DNA from: Balanoglossus misakiensis
Taxonomy: Eukaryota > Animalia > Hemichordata
DNA length: 64,000 nucleotides
Assembly (NCBI GenBank): GCA_040954595.2
Contig: CM082582.2
Location: 2,650,303 to 2,714,302, forward strand
Reading direction: 5' to 3'
Shown here: piece after piece, positions 47,801 through 58,729 of the stretch
How the letters are laid out: every line of letters starts with the position of its first letter
Numbering within the stretch: position 1 is the first letter of the stretch
Program-made: the position numbers and the translations under genes
The notes under the pieces: generated by a model
Seen by the model: only the letters and a program-made list of their open reading frames with translations
What the model was told of the DNA's origin: nothing
Databases searched by the model: none

Positions 47801-50800
47801 TGTCAAAGTACAGTGCTTTTGGACACGTATTAACCCAGGGATTTATCATCAACTTGAAATCCCCATATGCATTTAATACCCATGTCAAAGTGAAGTGATT
47901 GCATCACTATCTACCCTGATGCATCATCAACCTTGCTTCGCCATTTGCCCTGATGCAAAGAATCAGATTCAATGTCATCGTTGCATTAGCAATGTCAAAT
48001 TAGAGTGCTTTTGGCCACGTATTAACCTATGGATTTACATTTAACATTAAATACCCATGTGAAAGTGCAGAGTTTGCATCACCATCTACTCTGATGCATC
48101 ATTGAGCTTGCTTCGCCATTTGCCCTAATGCAAAGAATCCCATTCAAAGTCACCATTGCATATGCAATGTCAAAGTACAGTGCTTTCCGCCACGTATTAA
48201 CCCAGGGATTTACAGACAACTTTAAATCCCCCTGTAGGCATTTTATACCCATGTCAAAGTGCAGAGCTTGCATCACTATCTACCCTGATGCATCATCAAC
48301 CTTGCTTCGCCATTTACCCTGATGCAAAGAATCAGATTCAATGTCATCGTTGCATTACCAATGTCAAAGTACAGTGCTTTTGGACACGTATTAACCCAGG
48401 GATTTACAGACAACTTTAAATCCCCCTGTAGGCATTTTATACCCATGTCAAAGTGAAGTGTTTGCATCACTATCTACCCTGATGCATCATAAAGCTTGCT
48501 ACGCCATTTACCCTGATGCAAAGAATCAGATTCAATGTCATCATTGCATTAGCAATGTCAAAGTACAGTGCTTTTCGACACGTATTAACCCACAGATTTT
48601 TCAACAACCTGAAATCCCCATATGCATTTAATACCCATGTCAAAGTGAAGTGTTTGCATCACTATCTACCCAGATGCATCATAAAGCTTGCTACGCCATT
48701 TACCCTGATGCAAAGAATCAGATTCAATGTCATCGTTGCATTAGCAATGTCAAAGTACAGTGCTTTTGGACACGTATTAACCCAGGGATTTATCATCAAC
48801 TTGAAATCCCCATATGCATTTAATACCCATGTCAAAGTGAAGTGATTGCATCACTATCTATCCTGATGCATCATCAACCTTGCTTCGCCTTTTGCCCTGA
48901 TGCAAAGAATCAGATTCAATGTCATCGTTGCATTAGCAATGTCAAATTAGAGTGCTTTTGGCCATGTATTAACCTATGGATTTACATTTAACATTAAATA
49001 CCCATGTGAAAGTGCAGAGTTTGCATCACCATCTACTATGATGCATCATTGAGCTTGCTTCGCCATTTGCCCTAATGCAAAGAATCCCATTCAATGTCAC
49101 CATTGCATATGCAATGTCAAAGTACAGTGCTTTCCGCCACGTATTAACCCAGGGATTTTCAGACAACTTTAAATCCCCCTGTATGCATTTTATGCCCATG
49201 TCAAAGTGCAGAGCTTGCATCACTATCTACCCTGATGCATCATCAACCTTGCTTCGCCATTTACCCTGATGCAAAGAATCAGATTCAATGTCATCGTTGC
49301 ATTAGCAATGTCAAAGTACAGTGCTTTTGGACACGTATTAACCCAGGGATTTACAGACAACTTTAAATCCCCCTGAAGGCATTTTACACCCATGTCAAAG
49401 TGAAGTGTTTGCATCACTATCTACCCTGATGCATCATAAAGCTTGCTACGCCATTTACCCTGATGCAAAGAATCAGATTCAATGTCATCATTGCATTAGC
49501 AATGTCAAAGTACAGTGCTTTTGGACACGTATTAACCCAGGGATTTATCATCAACTTGAAATCCCCATATGCATTTAATACCTATGTCAAAGTGAAGTGA
49601 TTGCATCACTATCTACCCTGATGCATCATCAACCTTGCTTCGCCATTTGCCCTGATGCAAAGAATCAGATTCAATGTCATCGTTGCATTAGCAATGTCAA
49701 ATTAGAGTGCTTTTGGCCACGTATTAACCTATGGATTTACATTTAACATTAAATACCCATGTGAAAGTGCAGAGTTTGCATCACCATCTACTCTGATGCA
49801 TCATTGAGCTTGCTTCGCCATTTGCCCTAATGCAAAGAATCCCATTCAATGTCACCATTGCATATGCAATGTCAAAGTACAGTGCTTTCCGCCTCGTATT
49901 AACCCAGGGATTTACAGACAACTTTAAATCCCCCTGTAGGCATTTTATACCCATGTCAAAGTGCAGAGCTTGCATCACTATCTACCCTGATGCATAATCA
50001 ACCTTGCTTCGCCATTTACCCTGATGCAAAGAATCAGATTCAATGTCATCGTTGCATTAGCAATGTCAAAGTACAGTGCTTTTGGACACGTATTAACCCA
50101 GGGATTTACAGACAACTTTAAATCCCCCTGTAGGCATTTTATACCCATGTCAAAGTGAAGTGTTTGCATCACTATCTACCCTGATGCATCATAAAGCTTG
50201 CTACGCCATTTACCCTGATGCAAAGAATCAGATTCAATGTCATCATTGCATTAGCAATGTCAAAGTACAGTGCTTTTCGACACGTATTAACCCACAGATT
50301 TTTCAACAACCTGAAATCCCCATATGCATTTAATACCCATGTCAAAGTGAAGTGTTTGCATCACTATCTACCCTGATGCATCATAAAGCTTGCTACGCCA
50401 TTTACCCTGATGCAAAGAATCAGATTCAATGTCATCGTTGCATTAGCAATGTCAAAGTACAGTGCTTTTGGACACGTATTAACCCAGGGATTTACAGACA
50501 ACTTTAAATCCCCCTGTAGGCATTTTATACCCATGTCAAAGTGAAGTGTTTGCATCACTATCTACCCTGATGCATCATAAAGCTTGCTACGCCATTTACC
50601 CTGATGCAAAGAATCAAATTCAATGTCATCGTTGCATTAGCAATGTCAAAGTACAGTGCTTTTGGACACGTATTAACCCAGGGATTTACAGACAACTTTA
50701 AATCCCCCTGTAGGCATTTTATACACATGTCAAAGTGAAGTGTTTGCATCACTATCTACCCTGATGCATCATAAAGCTTGCTACGCCATTTACCCTGATG

Positions 50801-53800
50801 CAAAGAATCAGATTCAATGTCATCATTGCATTAGCAATGTCAAAGTACAGTGCTTTTCGACACGTACTAACCCACAGATTTTTCAACAACCTGAAATCCC
50901 CATATGCATTTAATACCCATGTCAAAGTGAAGTGATTGCATCACTATCTACCCTGATGCATCATAAACCTTGCTTCGCCATTTGCCCTGATGCAAAGAAT
51001 CAGATTCAATGTCATCGTTGCATTAGCAATATCAAATTAGAGTGCTTTTGGCCACGTATTAACCTATGGATTTACAGTTAACATTAAATACCCATGTGAA
51101 AGTGCAGAGTTTGCATCACCATCTACTCTGATGCATCATTGAGCTTGCTTCGCCATTTGCCCTAATGCAAAGAATCCCATTCAATGTCACCATTGCATAT
51201 GCAATGTCAAAGTACAGTGCTTTCCGCCACGTATTAACCCAGGGATTTACAGACAACTTTAAATCCCCCTGTAGGCATTTTATGCCCATGTCAAAGTGCA
51301 GAGCTTGCATCACTATCTACCCTGATGCTTCATCAACCTTGCTTCGCCATTTACCCTGATGCAAAGAATCAGATTCAATGTCATCGCTGCATTAGCAATG
51401 TCAAAGTACAGTGTTTTTGGACACGTAATAACCCAGGGATTTACAGACAACATTAAATCCCCCTGTAGGCATTTTATACCCATGTCAAAGTGAAGTGTTT
51501 GCATCACTATCTACCCTGATGCATCATAAAGCTTGCTACGCCATTTACCCTGATGCAAGAATCATATTCAATGTCATCGTTACATTAGCAATGTCAAAGT
51601 ACAGTGCTTTTGGTCACGTATTAACCCAGGGATTTATCATCAACTTGAAATCCCCATATGCATTTAATACCCATGTCAAAGTGAAGTGATTGCATCACTA
51701 TCTACCCTGATGCATCATCAACCTTGCTTCGCCATTTGCCCTGATGCAAAGAATCAGATTCAATGTCATCGTTGCATTAGCAATGTCAAATTAGAGTGCT
51801 TTTGGCCACGTATTAACCTATGGATTTACATTTAACATTAAATACCCATGTGAAAGTGCAGAGTTTGCATCACCATCTACTCTGATGCATCATTGAGCTT
51901 GCTTCGCCATTTGCCCTAATGCAAAGAATCCCATTCAATGTCACCATTGCATATGCAATGTCAAAGTACAGTGCTTTCCGCCACGTATTAACCCAGGGAT
52001 TTACAGACAACTTTAAATCCCCCTGTAGGCATTTTATGCCCATGTCAAAGTGCAGAGCTTGCATCACTATCTACCCTGATGCTTCATCAACCTTGCTTCG
52101 CCATTTACCCTGATGCAAAGAATCAGATTCAATGTCATCGCTGCATTAGCAATGTCAAAGTACAGTGTTTTTGGACACGTAATAACCCAGGGATTTACAG
52201 ACAACATTAAATCCCCCTGTAGGCATTTTATACCCATGTCAAAGTGAAGTGTTTGCATCACTATCTACCCTGATGCATCATAAAGCTTGCTACGCCATTT
52301 ACCCTGATGCAAAGAATCAGATTCAATGTTATCGTTGCATTAGCAATGTCAAAGTACAGTGCTTTTGGACACGTATTAACCCACAGATTTTTCAACAACC
52401 TGAAATCCCCATATGCATTTAATACCCATGTCAAAGTTAAGTGTTTGCATCACTATCTACCCTGATGCATCATAAAGCTTGCTACGACATTTACCCTGAT
52501 GCAAGAATCATATTCAATGTCATCGTTACATTAGCAATGTCAAAGTACAGTGCTTTTGGTCACGTATTAACCCAGGGATTTATCATCAACTTGAAATCCC
52601 CATATGCATTTAATACCCATGTCAAAGTGAAGTGATTGCATCACTATCTACCCTGATGCATCATCAACCTTGCTTCGCCATTTGCCCTGATGCAAAGAAT
52701 CAGATTCAATGTCATCGTTGCATTAGCAATGTCAAATTAGAGTGCTTTTGGCCACGTATTAACCTATGGATTTACATTTAACATTAAATACCCATGTGAA
52801 AGTGCAGAGTTTGCATCACCATCTACTCTGATGCATCATTGAGCTTGCTTCGCCATTTGCCCTAATGCAAAGAATCCCATTCAATGTCACCATTGCATAT
52901 GCAATGTCAAAGTACAGTGCTTTCCGCCACATATTAACCCAGGGATTTACAGACAACTTTAAATCCCCCTGTAGGCATTTTATACCCATGTCAAAGTGCA
53001 GAGCTTGCATCACTATCTACCCTGATGCATAATCAACCTTGCTTCGCCATTTACCCTGATGCAAAGAATCAGATTCAATGTCATCGTTGCATTAGCAATG
53101 TCAAAGTACAGTGCTTTTGGACACGTATTAACCCAGGGATTTACAGACAACTTTAAATCCCCCTGTAGGCATTTTATACACATGTCAAAGTGAAGTGTTT
53201 GCATCACTATCTACCCTGATGCATCATAAAGCTTGCTACGCCATTTACCCTGATGCAAAGAATCAGATTCAATGTCATCATTGCATTAGCAATGTCAAAG
53301 TACAGTGCTTTTCGACACGTATTAACCCACAGATTTTTCAACAACCTGAAATCCCCATATGCATTTAATACCCATGTCAAAGTGAAGTGATTGCATCACT
53401 ATCTACCCTGATGCATCATAAACCTTGCTTCGCCATTTGCCCTGATGCAAAGAATCAGATTCAATGTCATCGTTGCATTAGCAATATCAAATTAGAGTGC
53501 TTTTGGCCACGTATTAACCTATGGATTTACAGTTAACATTAAATACCCATGTGAAAGTGCAGAGTTTGCATCACCATCTACTCTGATGCATCATTGAGCT
53601 TGCTTCGCCATTTGCCCTAATGCAAAGAATCCCATTCAATGTCACCATTGCATATGCAATGTCAAAGTACAGTGCTTTCCGCCACGTATTAACCCAGGGA
53701 TTTACAGACAACTTTAAATCCCCCTGTAGGCATTTTATGCCCATGTCAAAGTGCAGAGCTTGCATCACTATCTACCCTGATGCTTCATCAACCTTGCTTC

Positions 53801-54702
53801 GCCATTTACCCTGATGCAAAGAATCAGATTCAATGTCATCGCTGCATTAGCAATGTCAAAGTACAGTGTTTTTGGACACGTAATAACCCAGGGATTTACA
53901 GACAACATTAAATCCCCCTGTAGGCATTTTATACCCATGTCAAAGTGAAGTGTTTGCATCACTATCTACCCTGATGCATCATAAAGCTTGCTACGCCATT
54001 TACCCTGATGCAAAGAATCAGATTCAATGTTATCGTTGCATTAGCAATGTCAAAGTACAGTGCTTTTGGACACGTATTAACCCACAGATTTTTCAACAAC
54101 CTGAAATCCCCATATGCATTTAATACCCATGTCAAAGTTAAGTGTTTGCATCACTATCTACCCTGATGCGTCATAAAGCTTGCTACGCCATTTACCCTGA
54201 TGCAAAGAATCAGATTCAATGTCATCGTTGCATTAGCAATGTCAAATTAGAGTGCTTTTGGCCACGTATTAACCTATGGATTTACATTTAACATTAAATA
54301 CCCATGTGAAAGTGCAGAGTTTGCATCACCATCTACTCTGATGCATCATTGAGCTTGCTTCGCCATTTGCCCTAATGCAAAGAATCCCATTCAATGTCAC
54401 CATTGCATATGCAATGTCAAAGTACAGTGCTTTCCGCCACGTATTAACCCAGGGATTTACAGACAACTTTAAATCCCCTTGTAGGCATTTTATACCCATG
54501 TCAAAGTGCAGAGCTTGCATCACTATCTACCCTGATGCATCATCAACCTTGCTTCGCCATTTACCCTGATGCAAAGAATCAGATTCAATGTCATCGTTGC
54601 ATTAGCAATGTCAAAGTACAGTGCTTTCCGCCACGTATTAACCCAGGGATTTACTGACAACTTTAAATCCCCCTATACACATTTTATACCCATGTCAAAG
54701 TG
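26860..54702 (+). repeat. Satellite DNA array (~27.8 kb, about 145-150 monomers of 175/192/194 bp) with higher-order repeats
   Basis: Continuous head-to-tail monomers (tgcatcactatctaccctgatgcatcat...gcaaagaatcagattcaatgtc...gtcaaagtacagtgc...cccatgtcaaagtg). The marker monomer recurs at spacings of 753, 755, 947, 949, 1139, 1141 and 1335 bp in the ORF track. Confidence 0.97.
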
Positions 54703-54745
54703 ACAGGGTTCGAACCCATGATCCTCTAACCACTGGACTATGACT
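54703..54745 (-). other. tRNA-derived (SINE-head-like) fragment
   Basis: The minus strand reads tagtccagtggttagaggatcatgggttcgaaccctg, giving an A-box-like TAGTCCAGTGG and a B-box GGTTCGAACCC. It is too short to be a tRNA. Confidence 0.45.
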
Positions 54746-54749
54746 ATGT

Positions 54750-54900
54750 GACAGAATGACCTTTCTGTATGGTGCCTTGTTTAGCTCCTAGTCAGATTTC
54801 AAGAAAATGTGGAAAAGTGCAAATTAGTCTCTTTGAATTTCCAACAACTCAGTTTGTCAGCTCCCATATCCCAGTTCTCTGACCAGTTCCCGTTCTTCTT
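54750..54900 (+). repeat. Single diverged monomer of repeat Y
   Basis: gccttgtttagct...aaatgtgga..gcaaattag...tgaatttcc..caactcagtttgtcagctc matches the 20510-21715 family. Confidence 0.6.
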
Positions 54901-55656
54901 AGATGTCACAATACTGATCACAAGACATGCAGTTGTACACTTTGCGGAAAACATTATGAATATATGCAGATAAGAAAAGACTTACTTGTGGGCAATTTAA
55001 ACACAACATTTTGAGTAAAGTGGGTAAAATAGGATTAAAGTTGGTTTATAAAGGCATATCGAAAAGAATCTACTTCAATTTGTTCATTTCTGAAATTTGA
55101 GAATATGAATATGCATGTTTTATTTGCCATATATGAACACCAATGAAAAGTTATGTTTCCAGCTTAGGTATTGGTGGATTTGAACCACCTGACATCAGAA
55201 GACGCCTCCAGAATACCTCTAATTTGGTTGCATAATTTTCATGTGAATGTTCATAATATAGCGATTGATTAATCCCTAATTTTTTATTTTTATTTTTTTT
55301 TGGGGGGGGGGGGGGCTGGAAGGGGGTGGAGGTTCAAGTAGTAAATCTTGCAGGCCAATTTGAAACAATGTGTCATGTAGTTAACCTGAAAGAAATTAAC
55401 ACAAATAGTTTCTGCTCTTTTTGAAACAAGGTGTCATGTGGTTGAACTGTGACAATGGGCCAGTCAAAATAGCATCTGCAAATTATGCACACAATAGAGT
55501 GATGGGTTAGTGGGTTAAGTTTACGTTTACCTTAGCATTATATAACACACTATCGTGTACATAATCTCGCAGAGCTCTATCATAATTGTTTTCAAATAAA
55601 GCAAGATAACTACTTGTATGATTACATATCTAATTTACGCGCCTAAAGGGCAGTTA

Positions 55657-56420
55657 AAAACCTCAGACCAGTTACAAAAGAGGAAAAAAAACTGTCCTCT
55701 CCTCCTCTCACCCCATGATCTAAGCTAAATTTGGAATTTGGATGGGGTGGGGAGGTTTAGCTAACCTAACATGTTCTGCCTGTCTGTCGCGTACAATGTG
55801 TCCATGCGCGAATACGATCACGGGTACCGTTGCGAGAAATTCCACCGAATAACGATGCTGACGAGTATTATCTATCTGAGAAATAATAGCATGTTATTCA
55901 TAAAACATACACATTAACCAATTAATGCACCAACATGATTATTAGACCCTGGACACTTATTTAATGTTATATTATTATTATACCTCTGTCATCATCATCA
56001 ATATTAACACCCTTGTATACTTAATATCACCATAAGCCATCACCGCAATTATTAATCGTTATTATACCCTTCCATGATTGTTACCTTTATTAAACCCGAC
56101 ACAGTTATCACCATTTATTATACCCTTCTCATTCATATACCCATTATAACCTGTGTACACAAGTCATCATCATATTATAAACCCATTATTATACCTTTTA
56201 TACCAGTCACATTTGTTACCCTATTATCATTCCCTTCATCCAAAAAACCACTGTTACACCTGTATAACCTGTGTACACTCAAGTTTTACCATAAGCCATC
56301 ATCACATTTGTAACCCTTTTATTAAACCATTCATATTTGTTCGCCTTTATTATACCATACACATTTATGAACCTATTATCATACCCTGCACAAAGCCATT
56401 GCTGTTAACCTCATTTTAGC
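55657..56420 (+). repeat. Dispersed repeat X, copy 2
   Basis: Colinear with 19780-20500 in the same orientation. Confidence 0.75.
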
Positions 56421-56549
56421 ATAAGTAATCACTACCAATTATTAACCTGATTTATTGGACTATTAAGTTTTATATTACGATCACTTCGTTTTGTACTCCT
56501 ATAAAACTCTACCTCATAATTTCGGTCAATAGGTTTATTATGTTGAAAC

Positions 56550-57150
56550 TCCACTTCTCCATCCTTCCACATCTCCATCCTTTAAGTTGACGCTCCACGG
56601 CACCATCCATCCACCAAAGTGTATATTTCAGCAGGTTGACTATGGTTGACGCCCCGCTCCATCCATCCATCAAAGTTTAATATTAGTAGGTTGACTATGG
56701 TTGACACTCCGCTCCATCCATCCATCCATCAAATTTTACGTTAGTAGGTTGATTATGGTGTTACCAGTGAGCCCTACAGGAAAAAAAAGAGAAAAAAGAG
56801 AAAAAAAAAACTCTTCTTCTCCATCCTTCCACTTCTCCATCGTTTAAGTTGACGCTCCATGGCACCATCCATCCATCAAAGTTTATATTTCAGCAGGTTG
56901 ACTATGGTTGACGCTCCGCCCCATCCATCCATCAAAGTTTATATTTAGTAGGTTGACTATGGTTGACGCTCTGCTCCATCCATCCATCAAAGTTTAATAT
57001 TAGTAGGTTGACTATGGTTGACGCTCCGCTCCATCCATCCATCAAAGTTTATATTAGTAGGTTGACTATGGTTGACACTCCGCTCCACCCATCCATCAAA
57101 TTTTACGTTAGTAGGTTGATTATGGTGTTACCATTGGGGCCTACAGGGAA
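56550..57150 (+). repeat. Minisatellite (~54-bp unit containing (tcca)n) inside a larger tandem duplication
   Basis: Repeated aggttgactatggttgacgctccgctccatccatccatcaaagtttatattagt. The block cttctccatccttccac...gattatggtgttacca..gcc(c)tacagg occurs twice, from ~56554 and ~56816. Confidence 0.85.
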
Positions 57151-57273
57151 AAAAAGAAGAGAAGAGAGAAAAAAGAAAGAAAGAAAGGAAGAGAGAGAGA
57201 AGAAGAAGAGTACCGGTGGGACCTACAGAAGAAAAAAGAATGAAAGAATTAAATACATGAAATCAATGATAAT

Positions 57274-58653
57274 TAAAGCTGCAAGCAGCGTTGGTGGGGC
57301 ACAAACGGTTCCCATGGTAACCAGCGAATCCCAAAGCTGTATCTGCTGTGGATACCAAGATATGGGAAAGTAGGTCAAAGGTCACCTGAGTTCACCCAAA
57401 TTTGGGCGAAACATTTTGACACCATACTTGTCCATGACCAACAAAAACCAAACCTCTAGCCCTATTGGTTAGCCTGGAATTAGATATGTGCATAATTAAT
57501 GAGGTAACATAAAAGACCCCAAAAGGTGTTCAATCCCTCCAAAAGCCAAGGCTCTATCCTGTCTGGATGCCGAGATATAGGGAAGAAGGTCAAAGGTCAC
57601 CTGAGGTCACCAAAATTTGAGCAAAATTTTGACACCACATATGTCCTTATACAACAAAAACCAAACATCTAGCCCTGTTGGTTAGCTTGGAATAAGATAT
57701 GCACATAATTAATGAGGTATTGTGTAAGACTCTATTAGGTGGTCAATCCCCCAATAGCCAGGGCTGTAACTGCTCTGGAAGCTGAGATATGGGAAAGTAG
57801 GTCAAAGGTCACCCAAAATTTGGGCATAAAAGTTTGACCCCATAGTGGGCCATGTCCAACAAAAACCAGACCTGGAGCCCTATTGGTTAGCCTGGATTTA
57901 GATATGCAGAAAAATGATGTTTCAGAAATAGGTCAAAGGTCATTGCGAAAATATTTGTGTCATGTCCTGACAGCATTGGTACCCATGTCCACAAAATTCA
58001 TGACTGTAGTGCTTTTACAAGAGGAGGTATGGGGAATATGCATATATAATTAGTTGGTTTAAAACTGGGTCAAAGGTCATGTGAAAATTGCCCCCAAAAT
58101 TGTGACAAGTTCCGGTCATATGATGACTTATATCCACAAAAATAATTTCCTTGGTGTCAACATTTTGGCTATAGAACGGAATTTACATTTTTCAATGGTT
58201 TTCAGGAAATCCAATATGGCCGCCATAATGATCGACCAATCACAGTGCACTTCGCAAACTTGAAAGACATAGGTTAGGTGACTGCATACCCCGAATCCCA
58301 TAACTCGGCGATCACTGCTTCTGGAGAAGAAGATTTTAAAAGTTTTAAGTAGTTTTTCAGAAAAAAAATTGTAGCAAAAAAACTTTATATTTGACATCAT
58401 GATTTCAATGGGGTAAAATGATGGACAGAAGGTAGGCTACCTGCACACAAAATTTGAACTCGATTGGCCCAGTAGTTTTTGAGAAGGAGTCATTTAACGG
58501 TTTTCGGAAAATCTAATATGGCCGCCAGGTCACGTGACTAATTAAATATTCACGGCCACTCTAGGTCTACTCATTGGCTCCTATCACCCTACCAAGTTTC
58601 AGCCCTGTAGGTGCTGCGGTTTTCCAGATCTACCTCGCCTGGCTTGTGCCCCT
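57274..58653 (+). mobile_element. Second Helentron-associated non-autonomous element (related subfamily), with internal ~210-220-bp repeats
   Basis: Same start, taaagctgcaagcagc. The 5' ggggcacaaac is inverted relative to the 3' gcttgtgcccc (58642-58652). It shares gtcacgtgactaatta and ccaagtttca with the 3019-4738 copy. Internal repeats gagatatgggaaagtaggtcaaaggtcacc lie at ~57360, 57575 and 57785. Confidence 0.6.
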
Positions 58654-58729
58654 TATGATAGCATTAATGTGGCAAGCCAGCCCAACCCAACAAACTGAGG
58701 GTCAAGGGGTACATATGGTCAATTAATAA

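Noticed and set aside
26860-54702. Dozens of near-identical 64-116-aa ORFs (MMQALHFDMGIKC..., MQRIRFNV...) suggesting a tandem peptide gene family
   Set aside because: They are by-products of the satellite monomers. They occur on both strands, are broken by the 175- and 194-bp units, and lengthen only when a chance TGA-to-AGA change occurs in 192-bp units. No domain or gene structure is evident.
26860-54702. CRISPR-like array or hammerhead-ribozyme satellite
   Set aside because: There are no unique spacers and no cas genes, and the context is eukaryotic. The recurring ctgatgc does not match the hammerhead core CUGAnGA, and no correctly placed GAAA was seen.
54703-54745. tRNA gene
   Set aside because: The anticodon arm is missing and the A-B box spacing is too short for a cloverleaf.
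56963-57373. 136-aa ORF and other short ORFs in 57-64 kb
   Set aside because: They are translations of minisatellite, GA-rich tract and repeat-derived sequence with no coding signature.
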